49,341 nucleotides of DNA, from the sequence record SRR20825010_7068. The stretch is one strand, 5' to 3'. The translations under genes were made by a program, and so were the position numbers. This document shows, piece by piece, positions 25,457 to 34,257 of the stretch; position 1 is the stretch's first letter, and the number at the start of each line of letters is the position of its first letter. The notes under the pieces are model-generated. The model had not been told where the DNA came from and made no database searches. It worked only from the letters and a program-made list of their open reading frames with translations.

Positions 25457-26080
25457 TCAGGCGCGAACCAGCAAGCCGACTCCGGCCCCCACCATGACGC
25501 AGCCTGCGCCAAGCTGCATCGGCCGCCGGTAGCGTGGCGGCAAGACCACCTCCGCCAGCCGGCTGGCCAGCAAGGCGTACATCACTTTTACGCCGCCCAC
25601 CGCCAGCACCGTCACCAGCAACACCACCGCAACCCCGGTACCTTGCAGCGCAGACAAATCCACGAACACGGGCAGCAAACTGGCATAAAACACGATGGCC
25701 TTGATGTCTCCCAGCGTTACCAACAGGCCTGCCAGAAAACTTGCACCATGGTGGCCTGCACGCTTGTCGCTGTTCCCCGTCTTGCTCACGGCCGCCCGCC
25801 GGGAACGAATCAGCTGCACACCAAAACCGATTAGCCACACCGCTGCCAATATCCGTACCACCACAAACGCCGCTCCCAGCCACTGGGCCAGTGCCGCCAT
25901 ACCGAGCAGCGCAAGGCTCACAAACAACAAGTCCGCCAGCACAATACCTGCGGCCACCAGCAAACCGTGGGAAACGCCATACCGGGCTGAACGAACCACC
26001 ACCAGTGCCACACTGGTACTGGGCATCGCCGCCATGGCAACGAGAGAGAGCATCAACAGAAACAGCGACGGGATATCCAT
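25457..26080 (-). CDS. LysE/RhtB-family translocator
   Basis: AAMPSTSVALVV..G...G..AAGIVLAD; FLAGLLVTLGDIKAIVFY..LLP.F; multiple TM helices. Confidence 0.88.
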   Translation of the reverse strand: MDIPSLFLLMLSLVAMAAMPSTSVALVVVRSARYGVSHGLLVAAGIVLADLLFVSLALLGMAALAQWLGAAFVVVRILAAVWLIGFGVQLIRSRRAAVSKTGNSDKRAGHHGASFLAGLLVTLGDIKAIVFYASLLPVFVDLSALQGTGVAVVLLVTVLAVGGVKVMYALLASRLAEVVLPPRYRRPMQLGAGCVMVGAGVGLLVRA

Positions 26081-26143
26081 AAACCCTCACCAACGCAGAA
26101 TGATGCGCAATGATGTTGAATGATGAACCCTGTCAGTCTACCG

Positions 26144-26641
26144 CTAGCCCGACCGATCCAGTGCCTCACCACATAACCGGCCCTGCTCCAACTGCAGACG
26201 CCAGACATCATGGTAATCCTCCGCTTGCGGAAAATCCGCCGCGCCGGCCAGGTAGAGACTGTCGTCCCGCAGGGTTTGGCCCACCAATAACGTGCCGGTA
26301 AAGCCAAGAGGAAGCTGCAACGCAGGATAGCGCCAAGGCAGCAGGCCGCCGCTCACCCGCTCCGCCGCCACCCCGTTGAGCGCGGGCCAGCGTGCCGGTG
26401 CGGTGATTATCTCGCCCTGTTCATCCACCCCGAGCAGCCCGCTTGGTGGTGCACACAGGGCCAGCTCTGCCAGGTACAGGGCACCGTCCTCAATCGCGTA
26501 ACGGCACACATAACCGCGCCAGCAATCGGAACTGTCGCCATCGGGATAAAGATCCCAGTCCGCCGGTGAAAACGCCGCACCACTGATCACATCGAACCCT
26601 TGCCCCCTGTGGTGCAAGGAATCCAGCTGTTGCGCAGTCAC
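26144..26641 (-). CDS. Hypothetical protein (MTAQ...CWRGY motif)
   Basis: Start overlaps the TPR stop (GTGA); protein-like composition with SSDCWRGYVCRYAIEDGALYL. Confidence 0.65.
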   Translation of the reverse strand: MTAQQLDSLHHRGQGFDVISGAAFSPADWDLYPDGDSSDCWRGYVCRYAIEDGALYLAELALCAPPSGLLGVDEQGEIITAPARWPALNGVAAERVSGGLLPWRYPALQLPLGFTGTLLVGQTLRDDSLYLAGAADFPQAEDYHDVWRLQLEQGRLCGEALDRSG

Positions 26642-28560
26642 CGGGATGACCCCATGGGCGGCTGCAACGGGAACTCGGGGGACTGGGGCGCGGCATCTGT
26701 CGGTGCCTGCTCACGCTCGCGGCTGCTGCGCAAGGCGCGATGGTAAAGATCGGCCAGCCCTTCATGGGCCGACGCACTGAAACGCTTCAGGCGGTTGCGG
26801 GTTTCGGTAACCTGTTCATAGGCCGACGCCTGCAATCCGTACTGTTGGCGACGCATCAACAGCGCCCCGCGTTGCTGCAAGCGTTCCAGCTCGCCGGTCA
26901 GGGCATTCAATTCCTGCGAGAAATCTTCCAGCCGCTCGGAGCGGTAGGTGGCAAACAGCACCCGGCTGCGCAGCACACGGGTCTGCTCCAGCAACCCATC
27001 GATTTCATTAAGCTGATGCTGGCGTTCCCACTGGCGCGGCACGATGTTTTCCTGCATTTCCCACAGCAAAACCCCTTTGTAGAAGTCCAGCTTGGCGGTC
27101 ACATCCGGGCGCTTTCGCTTGCCCCAGCCCTCGGTGCGCTGCTCGGCATTCTGCTGCGCCTCCCACAGCTTGTGCTCCTTGTCGGTGGCGAAAGGCAGCG
27201 GGTCCTGTTTGGCCACGGCTTCATCGTAGCGGCGCTGCAAACGGGTCATGCGCCCCTGGAAATCCTGCTGTGACAAATCGTCCAATAGCGCTCGGGCCGC
27301 AGGGCGGGTTTCATCCTGCTTACGCCGGTGGGCAGCCATCAGTGTCTCGAAGGCCGGCAGTTTTTCCTGCCACTGGGTCAGCAGATTCTTCTGCCGCAAG
27401 AGTTCGTGGTAGTTATTCCAGCCGCGCTGAAATTCGGTGGTGGCAAACCATTCATAGAAGGTCGGAAAGCTTTTCACCCGACGCGGCAGGAACGGCGGCA
27501 CCGGGTCCATGGCGGTGGACCAACGGGGCTCGCCCACCATGGCCGTGAACCATTCACCACTGGCAATATCCGCTTCCACTTCCAGCAGGTATTGCTGCAA
27601 ACCATCGAAGCGGTCCAGCGCGGTCTCGAATGCCTGTCTGGCAGAACGCTGATCGCCCATTTGCTCGTACAGGTAAGGAATCGCCAACTGCGCTTCCTGC
27701 ACCGGCAATCGCTGGATCGACTTGGTGTCCAGTTGCTGCAGGACCGGCAGCGCCTTGCGGGGCTGATTTTCAATCAACAGGGCGCGGGCATAGAGCAGCA
27801 GGGAAATGTCGGCAAACGGCCCTTCCAGGCGAGCGTCTCGCAACAGGGCCAGCGCACGGTCTTCCTGGTCGCTGCGCAACATGTAGATCGCCAGCGCCAG
27901 CATGGCTTTTTCCTTGATGGCATTGACCTGAGCATCCCCCGGCGGCATGTTTGCCAGCTGCCAGAGCCATTCCTGCCCCAACCCGGGGTGCTTGCCGTTA
28001 ATCCAGCTGATCGCCAGGTTATAGCGCAGGTAGGCATTGAGAGGATGGTCTTCGGAGAACGCATCAAGCAGCTCTGCAGCTTCTTCATAGCGTTGCAGAC
28101 GCATCAGGGTCCGCGCCCGCAAACTGAAATACACTTCTTCCAGTTTGGCTGGCGGCTCACCGACCTGCTGATCCAGCATGGTCAGTGCCTTTTCATATTT
28201 CTGCTGACGATAATAAAGACCGGCAAGGTGGATCCATGCCCGCTGGGCGACCTCACCGCTGACCTGGGTATCCAGTAGCTGGTTGAAAACCTGCTCGGCG
28301 TCTTCGGGCATGCCGTAGGCGCTGTACATGGCCCCCAGCAGCACTTCCATATCCCCCTTGTGGATATCCACCTCACCCCGCTCCAGCGCCATCTGGGCAC
28401 GGGTCAAGGCAGCAAAATAATCGCCTTTGAGATACAGATAGGCCACCTCACCATAGGCCAGCTCCTGCACCTGATGAGGTTCATCCAGCCGGGCCCAGCT
28501 CAGGGAACTGAGTAACAACAGCCCCACCACCAGCCCTTTCAAGCTTCCGCGCATTCGCAT
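26638..28560 (-). CDS. Secreted tetratricopeptide-repeat protein with C-terminal coiled coil (640 aa)
   Basis: Signal peptide ending SWA; repeated TPR-like helices (AWIHLAGLYYRQQKYEKALTML, AQLAIPYLYEQMGDQRSARQAFETAL); heptad-rich C-terminus. Confidence 0.85.
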   Translation of the reverse strand: MRMRGSLKGLVVGLLLLSSLSWARLDEPHQVQELAYGEVAYLYLKGDYFAALTRAQMALERGEVDIHKGDMEVLLGAMYSAYGMPEDAEQVFNQLLDTQVSGEVAQRAWIHLAGLYYRQQKYEKALTMLDQQVGEPPAKLEEVYFSLRARTLMRLQRYEEAAELLDAFSEDHPLNAYLRYNLAISWINGKHPGLGQEWLWQLANMPPGDAQVNAIKEKAMLALAIYMLRSDQEDRALALLRDARLEGPFADISLLLYARALLIENQPRKALPVLQQLDTKSIQRLPVQEAQLAIPYLYEQMGDQRSARQAFETALDRFDGLQQYLLEVEADIASGEWFTAMVGEPRWSTAMDPVPPFLPRRVKSFPTFYEWFATTEFQRGWNNYHELLRQKNLLTQWQEKLPAFETLMAAHRRKQDETRPAARALLDDLSQQDFQGRMTRLQRRYDEAVAKQDPLPFATDKEHKLWEAQQNAEQRTEGWGKRKRPDVTAKLDFYKGVLLWEMQENIVPRQWERQHQLNEIDGLLEQTRVLRSRVLFATYRSERLEDFSQELNALTGELERLQQRGALLMRRQQYGLQASAYEQVTETRNRLKRFSASAHEGLADLYHRALRSSREREQAPTDAAPQSPEFPLQPPMGSSR

Positions 28561-28569
28561 AGACCGCTC

Positions 28570-29067
28570 TCAGCGCCAGTCGCGAAAACGGAAACGCGGC
28601 TGCTGCTTGGCGGTATCGTCCTCGATATGAAGCTGAACGAAATGGCGGCCGTGATTCTTGTCGAAGTGGCCGGTCACCCCCTGGCGCATTTCCCGCCCGG
28701 CAGGCCCGGTGCCAGTGATAAAGGCAGTGAGCTCGTGGTCACCATTCTTCACGTTGGCCAGCGCCAGGCGCTGCACCGCACCGTTTTTCAGGGCGCGGAT
28801 CTCCTTTTCCGTGTAGAGATGGCTGGTCAGCACTTCGCCATCCAGCTCCAGCGTGATGCTGTCCGGCTGGAAAAAGTGCCCCACATCCAGAGAAACATAA
28901 ATCCCCACCTGGGTATCGGCGGGGAACAGCAACTCTTCTTCGAGCAATAGCAGGCGTTTATTGACTTCCAGCACGTCACGTTTGAAATCGGCCAGATCCT
29001 TGTCCAGCTCGGCCCCGTGCAGCTGGGCTGCGACCAGCATCAACAACAAAATGAATGCGCGGCGCAT
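28570..29067 (-). CDS. Secreted protein: N-terminal coiled coil plus Ig-like beta domain; co-transcribed with the TPR gene
   Basis: Signal peptide; LADFKRDVLEVNKRLLLLEEELLFP; ITLELDG..HLYTEKE..ALKNGAVQRL..GDHELTA; 9 bp from the TPR gene. Confidence 0.75.
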   Translation of the reverse strand: MRRAFILLLMLVAAQLHGAELDKDLADFKRDVLEVNKRLLLLEEELLFPADTQVGIYVSLDVGHFFQPDSITLELDGEVLTSHLYTEKEIRALKNGAVQRLALANVKNGDHELTAFITGTGPAGREMRQGVTGHFDKNHGRHFVQLHIEDDTAKQQPRFRFRDWR

Positions 29068-29265
29068 GTGCGCTCCCCCGGTGTTAGCGTTTATCTACGT
29101 TGTTTTCAGATACGTTCTTTTCAGGAAATCTACCATAGCTTGTCGGCTTTGACTGTTGTGATTGTCACAGCCTGCCGGATACAAATTTACGACATCTGGT
29201 ACTTGCTTTCGCCCCGGCGATCACGCGACTATCGAGAAAGCCGGATGATTCTGTCATTCGGCCCT

Positions 29266-29352
29266 CGTGCCGGCGGCCCGGTCAGGATGCCGCACCACAG
29301 GCGCCCCGTAAGGGGCGCGGTGGTGTGACTGGCGATCGGGCCGTCCGGCACG
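29266..29352 (+). other. Long (87 nt) intergenic stem-loop with GTAA tetraloop; candidate ncRNA or REP-like element
   Basis: Nested helices CGTGCCGG/CCGGCACG, CGGCCCGGTC/GATCGGGCCG, GCCGCACCAC/GTGGTGTGAC, GCGCCCC-GTAA-GGGGCGC. Confidence 0.55.
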
Positions 29353-29465
29353 CATTAATCATCACCCTCCTCCCTGTTCTGCTTCACACTCGCAACTTTC
29401 CCGTTATGCTGCCCTCTAACTGGCACGTCGTAGCCCCCCCTGTGCCCTATGGATGGAGTGAGTAG

Positions 29466-29927
29466 ATGAAAAAAGTGGTTTCCCTGTGGATGGTCATGAG
29501 CTTGCTGATACTGAGCGGCTGCCAGAGCCTGGCTGGCCTGGAGTCCCCGGAAGTCAGCGTATCCGGCATTAACCTGAACAGTTTCAACCTGTTCGAGCAG
29601 GAATGGGGGCTGACCCTGCGGGCCCGCAACCCCAACGACCGGGAACTCACCCTCAACAGCCTGGATTACGAGATCTACGTTAATGGGGAGAAATTTGCCC
29701 GTGGACTGACCAACGAACGCATCACCCTGCCCGCCATGGGCGATGCCCAGGTCACCACCACCATTACCACCAGCCTGCTAAGCAGCCTGCAGCAGCTGCA
29801 GAAAATCCAGCAGCGCCAGGACCAGCCATTGCAATACCGGTTGGTCGGCAAGGCACGGGTAGCCGGCGTGCCGATTCCCCTTTCCTTCGACAAGGAAGGC
29901 GAAATGACACTACCGGTGATGCCATAG
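29466..29927 (+). CDS. LEA type 2 / WHy-domain lipoprotein
   Basis: Lipobox LSGC; PEVSVSGI..FNLFEQ..LRARNPNDREL..LDYEIYVNGEKFARG. Confidence 0.9.
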   Translation: MKKVVSLWMVMSLLILSGCQSLAGLESPEVSVSGINLNSFNLFEQEWGLTLRARNPNDRELTLNSLDYEIYVNGEKFARGLTNERITLPAMGDAQVTTTITTSLLSSLQQLQKIQQRQDQPLQYRLVGKARVAGVPIPLSFDKEGEMTLPVMP

Positions 29928-29974
29928 CGCTTGCCGCCCCAAGGAACACAGACCGAGCATGGTCAGGCGGGTTG

Positions 29975-30991
29975 TCAGTGTTGCTCTCTAAGCTGATGAC
30001 GAAAGCGGCCGGGGGGCTGCCCGGTCCAGCGCCGGAAGGCGTGATTGAAATTGGCGATTTCGGAAAAGCCCAGCCGCTCGCTGATTTCGGCCAGGCTGAG
30101 AATACCCAGCAATAACCACTGTTCCGCCAGCATCCGCCGGACTTCATCCAGCAGGACCCGGTAGCTGGTTCCTTCCGCCGCCAGCTGCCTGCGCAATGTC
30201 CGACTGGTGATTGTCAGTTCTTCCGCCATGGCTTCCATGTCCGGAAACCGCCCCGGCTGCTGCAACAAGCGCCGGCGCACCCGCGCCGCCACACTGCCCT
30301 TGCGGTAGCGCTGCACCAATAACTGATGGCACTGCTCTTCACACAAACGTGCTGTCACCGGATTGGCCTGGGGCAGGGGCATATCCAGCAGGCCTACCGC
30401 AAAACGGGCCTGACTGCGGCAGGAATCAAATTGCGGGGCCAGACCGAAAATCGCCTCGAATGGGGCCACCGGACGCGGCGGCAAACGCATCGCCAGCGAT
30501 GACAGCGGAATACGGCCAGCAAACAATTCTTCCTGAATCATCATCACGGCACTGGCATCCCGCGCCAACAGATACTCACGGACATCATCCGGCACACCAC
30601 TGTCATCCAGAATCAACATGGCATCATCGCCGTCTTGCTGCAGGGAGATATCCACGAACGCAAAGGTCAGATCCAGGTAGCGCAACCCAAGCTCCACCGC
30701 CTGGCGAAAAGTAGGGCTACTCAATAACGCAAAGCCCCAGACCCCATAGCTGCTCAGGTGGTAGCGCTGCCCCATGGCCAGGCCCAGCTCTGCCTCGTTG
30801 CCCAGCCCCCGGCACAGGTTGCGCACCACAGTGAGCTCCTGGTCCGCATCAATGGTGCAGTCTGCCTGGCCCAGCATGCCAGGATGAATGCCGGAACCCC
30901 GCAGACACGCAGCAACCGGCAGCCCCCGCTCTTCGGCAAAGGCCACCTGCATACGCACGCTGGTAATGGCTCGTTGTACTGTCACCGACAA
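29975..30991 (-). CDS. AraC-family regulator (OruR/arabinose-binding-2 type)
   Basis: LGLAMG..SSYGVWGFALLSSPTFRQA N-domain; C-terminal HTH SRTLRRQLAAEGTSYR..LGFSEIANFNHAFRRWTG; TTG start. Confidence 0.92.
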   Translation of the reverse strand: MSVTVQRAITSVRMQVAFAEERGLPVAACLRGSGIHPGMLGQADCTIDADQELTVVRNLCRGLGNEAELGLAMGQRYHLSSYGVWGFALLSSPTFRQAVELGLRYLDLTFAFVDISLQQDGDDAMLILDDSGVPDDVREYLLARDASAVMMIQEELFAGRIPLSSLAMRLPPRPVAPFEAIFGLAPQFDSCRSQARFAVGLLDMPLPQANPVTARLCEEQCHQLLVQRYRKGSVAARVRRRLLQQPGRFPDMEAMAEELTITSRTLRRQLAAEGTSYRVLLDEVRRMLAEQWLLLGILSLAEISERLGFSEIANFNHAFRRWTGQPPGRFRHQLREQH

Positions 30992-31028
30992 TGTCCGAAT
31001 TCCACAAATTTCTGTCCCAGAATGCCAT
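30992..31028 (+). promoter_or_regulatory. Tandem TGTCC direct repeats 21 bp apart; probable AraC-family binding site for the BVMO operon
   Basis: TGTCCGAATTCCACAA at 30992 and TGTCCCAGAATGCCAT at 31013. Confidence 0.5.
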
Positions 31029-31088
31029 AAACAAGGCGTTTATGTATCGCTAGAGTGGAACCTAACGTTATTAACCGGATTGTTTCCC

Positions 31089-32549
31089 ATGCAAGCAACG
31101 CACAACGTGGTCATTATTGGCGCCGGCTTCGGCGGACTGGGCATGGCGATTCGCCTGAAAGCCCAGGGGCAAGACGACTTGCTGCTGATAGAAAAAGGGC
31201 ACGATGTGGGCGGCTGCTGGCGCGATAACACCTATCCCGGTGCCGCCTGTGATGTGCCCTCTCATCTGTATTCGTTCTCCTTTGAACGCCATTACCCGTG
31301 GAGCCGCCGCTTCGCGCCGCAGAAAGAAATCCTTGCCTACCAGCAGTACTGCGCGCGCAAGTACGACCTGTATCGCCATATCCGTTTCAACACCGAAGTG
31401 GCAGAAGCCCGCTTTATGGATGACGCCGGTTTATGGGAAATCACCCTGACTAACGGCGACATCATCACCTGCCGTGCCCTGATCACCGCCACCGGCCAAC
31501 TTAACCAACCAGCCTACCCGCCGCTTGCCGGCATCGAGGATTTCCAGGGCCCACACTTTCACAGCGCCCGCTGGAATCATGATGAGGACCTCACCGGCAA
31601 AACCGTGGCAGTGGTAGGCACTGGCGCCAGCGCCATTCAGTTCGTGCCGGAAGTGGCCAAAGTGGCCGGCAAGGTCAAACTGTTCCAGCGCTCCGCCGCC
31701 CATGTGATTGCCAAACCGGACCGCGCCTACAAGAAAGCCGAACACTGGGTATTAAAGAAACTGCCACTGACCCAGACGCTGGATCGCATGCGTATTTATG
31801 CGGCCAATGAATCCCGTGTCCTTGGCTTTACCTCCTTCCAGAAAGCCATGGCGGTCTATGAATGGCTATTCGCCCGGCACCTGAAAAAGCAAATTAGCGA
31901 CCCGGCGCTGCGTGAAAAACTGACCCCGGATTACCCCATGGGCTGCAAACGCATTCTCATGTCCAACGATTACTACCCGGCGCTGGCCCAGGACAATACC
32001 GAGGTGATCAACTACGGCATTGATGCGGTGGACAAGAAAGGCCTTACCGACAGCAGCGGCACCCACCATGACGTGGACGTGATCATTTACGGCACCGGCT
32101 TCAAGGCCACCGACTTTCTTACCCCAATGACCATCACCGGCCGCGATGGCGTGGACCTGAATACCGCCTGGCAGGACGGCGCGGAAGCCTACCTGGGCAT
32201 CACCGTGCGCGGCTTCCCCAACCTTTTCATGCTGTATGGTCCCAACACCAACCTGGGCCATAACTCGATTATCTACATGCTGGAAAGCCAGATTCATTAC
32301 GTGCAGCAATGCCTGGCCGAAATGGAAGAGCAGAAACTGCATTCGCTGGAAGTGCGCGAAAGCGTGCAGACGCGGTTCAACGATAATGTGCAGCGTAAAA
32401 TCAGCGACACCGTGTGGGACAAGGGTTGCCACAGCTGGTACAAGACCGAAAGTGGCAAGAACACCAATAACTGGCCAGGATTCACCTTTGACTACCGCCG
32501 CCAAACCCAGCACCTGGAACTCAGTGACTACGAGTACAAATCCCTATGA
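31089..32549 (+). CDS. Type I Baeyer-Villiger / flavin-containing monooxygenase
   Basis: GAGFGG and GTGASA Rossmann motifs; GGCWRDNTYPGAACD and FQGPHFHSARW BVMO fingerprints. Confidence 0.93.
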   Translation: MQATHNVVIIGAGFGGLGMAIRLKAQGQDDLLLIEKGHDVGGCWRDNTYPGAACDVPSHLYSFSFERHYPWSRRFAPQKEILAYQQYCARKYDLYRHIRFNTEVAEARFMDDAGLWEITLTNGDIITCRALITATGQLNQPAYPPLAGIEDFQGPHFHSARWNHDEDLTGKTVAVVGTGASAIQFVPEVAKVAGKVKLFQRSAAHVIAKPDRAYKKAEHWVLKKLPLTQTLDRMRIYAANESRVLGFTSFQKAMAVYEWLFARHLKKQISDPALREKLTPDYPMGCKRILMSNDYYPALAQDNTEVINYGIDAVDKKGLTDSSGTHHDVDVIIYGTGFKATDFLTPMTITGRDGVDLNTAWQDGAEAYLGITVRGFPNLFMLYGPNTNLGHNSIIYMLESQIHYVQQCLAEMEEQKLHSLEVRESVQTRFNDNVQRKISDTVWDKGCHSWYKTESGKNTNNWPGFTFDYRRQTQHLELSDYEYKSL

Positions 32550-33496
32550 GCCTGTTTGTTGATCGCATAAGCCGTAGCCAATCGACACTTCAGCAGCTAC
32601 TGGCCGGCATTCTGCGCCAGTCACTGGCGCTGCTGTTCAAACCTGTCGCTAACCCCCGTTTCAGCTTTGCTGCGCAGCGGCGATGGCTGAACATCATGGC
32701 CTACAGCACACTCAAAGCCGGCGGCATTGGCAGCCACGACAATCCGGTGGGCAAGGTTGCCTGCCGCCACTATCAGCCACTGCATGCACAAAGCACCGTG
32801 CTCTACCTGCACGGCGGCGGTTACGTGGCCGGCAGCCCGGACAGCCACAAGGCAATCACCTCGCATCTGGCCAGATTCGCCAATGCCCATGTGGTGGTAC
32901 CGGATTACCGATTGGCCCCTGAACACCCCTGCCCCGCCGCCATCGAAGACGCCGTGGCGGTGTACCAGGCCTTGCTGGACAGCGGTGTCAGCCCCACCTC
33001 ACTCACCTTGATGGGCGACTCCGCCGGGGGCGGATTGGCTTTGGCCACACTGCAGGCGCTGAAAGCCGCCGGCACGCCGCTGCCCTGCGCGACAATCCTG
33101 TTTTCCCCCTGGGTGGACCTGACCCTGGGGCAACTTTTCGATACCGACCGGGACATCATGCTCAGCCATGCCTGGCTGGCCAGCGGTGCCTCCGCCTATG
33201 CCGGTGATGACACCCGCAACGCTCAATGCTCTCCGCTGTTTGGTGACCTGAGCGAGCTGCCTCCCACCCTGATCCAGGTCGGCGGCGATGAAATCCTGCT
33301 CAATGACAGCCACCGCCTGTGCACCGCACTGAACGAAGCCGGCACACCAGCAAGGCTTCAGGTTCACCCCCAGCGCTGGCACGACTTCCAGTTGCATGCC
33401 GGGGTACTGGCGGATGCGGATCAGGCTTTGATGACCTGCGCCCGCTTTATCCACCAACACGCAATGTCTCAACACGATAAAGGGGCCACCCCATGA
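32546..33496 (+). CDS. Alpha/beta hydrolase, HSL-type esterase
   Basis: HGGGY oxyanion hole, DYRLAPEHP, GDSAGG nucleophile, WHDFQ; ATGA overlap with the BVMO gene. Confidence 0.92.
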   Translation: MSLFVDRISRSQSTLQQLLAGILRQSLALLFKPVANPRFSFAAQRRWLNIMAYSTLKAGGIGSHDNPVGKVACRHYQPLHAQSTVLYLHGGGYVAGSPDSHKAITSHLARFANAHVVVPDYRLAPEHPCPAAIEDAVAVYQALLDSGVSPTSLTLMGDSAGGGLALATLQALKAAGTPLPCATILFSPWVDLTLGQLFDTDRDIMLSHAWLASGASAYAGDDTRNAQCSPLFGDLSELPPTLIQVGGDEILLNDSHRLCTALNEAGTPARLQVHPQRWHDFQLHAGVLADADQALMTCARFIHQHAMSQHDKGATP

Positions 33497-34251
33497 AACG
33501 CATCCTGATCACCGGCGCCGCCAGCGGCATCGGGCTGGCCACCGCCACGCTGTTTCATAATAAGGGCTGGCAGGTGGGCCTGACCGACATCAATGAAACC
33601 GCACTCGCCAGGCTGGCAAAAGCACTGGGTGGCAGCTGGTATCAGCGACTGGACGTGACCGATGCCGGTGCCTGCCAGCAAGCCTGCGAGGCCTTTTCCC
33701 GGGGCAAGGGTTTCGACGTGCTGTTCAACTGTGCCGGCATCTTGCGCATGGGACACTTCGAGGACATCAGTGCCGCCCAGCACAAGCAGATCATCGATAT
33801 CAATGTCACCGGGTTGATCAACATGACTCTGGCGGCACAATCGCACCTGCAACTACGTACCGAACCGGCAGTGATCAACATGAGCTCTGCGTCAGCGGTC
33901 TATGGCGTGCCGCACCTGGCCTCTTATTCTGCCAGCAAGTTTGCCGTGCGGGCGCTTACCGAAGCGCTCAATATCGAGTGGGCCCGCCAGGGCATTCGGG
34001 TGGTAGATATAATGCCGCCGTTTGTCAAAACGCCGATGCTGGACGACGCCGAATTCCGCGCCCCGGTGGTGGACCGATTAGGTGTGAACCTGACGGCCGA
34101 CGACATTGCCGCCAAAGCCTGGCAGGCCGCCAACGAAAACTTGCCAGTGCATAACCCGGTGGGTGGGGTCTTTAAATTCATCAAACTGCTGGACAAGGTA
34201 TTGCCCAGCGCCTCCACCAAGATGACCATGACCTTTCTCAGCCGGGAATAG
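33493..34251 (+). CDS. Short-chain dehydrogenase/reductase
   Basis: TGAASGIG, NCAG, YSASK; ATGA overlap with the esterase. Confidence 0.92.
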   Translation: MKRILITGAASGIGLATATLFHNKGWQVGLTDINETALARLAKALGGSWYQRLDVTDAGACQQACEAFSRGKGFDVLFNCAGILRMGHFEDISAAQHKQIIDINVTGLINMTLAAQSHLQLRTEPAVINMSSASAVYGVPHLASYSASKFAVRALTEALNIEWARQGIRVVDIMPPFVKTPMLDDAEFRAPVVDRLGVNLTADDIAAKAWQAANENLPVHNPVGGVFKFIKLLDKVLPSASTKMTMTFLSRE

Positions 34252-34257
34252 TCGGTG

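Noticed and set aside
26570-26595. DVISGAA in the hypothetical protein as an ApbE target
   Set aside because: The acceptor position is Ala rather than Ser/Thr, and the protein has no signal peptide.
29266-29352. SRP (4.5S) RNA, 6S RNA or tRNA identity for the long hairpin
   Set aside because: Lacks the SRP GGAA loop with CAGG/AGCA internal loop, is too short for 6S, and has no cloverleaf or TTCG arm.
29421-29434. Sigma-54 promoter TGGCAC..GC upstream of the LEA gene
   Set aside because: GG-to-GC spacing is 9 nt rather than the required 10.
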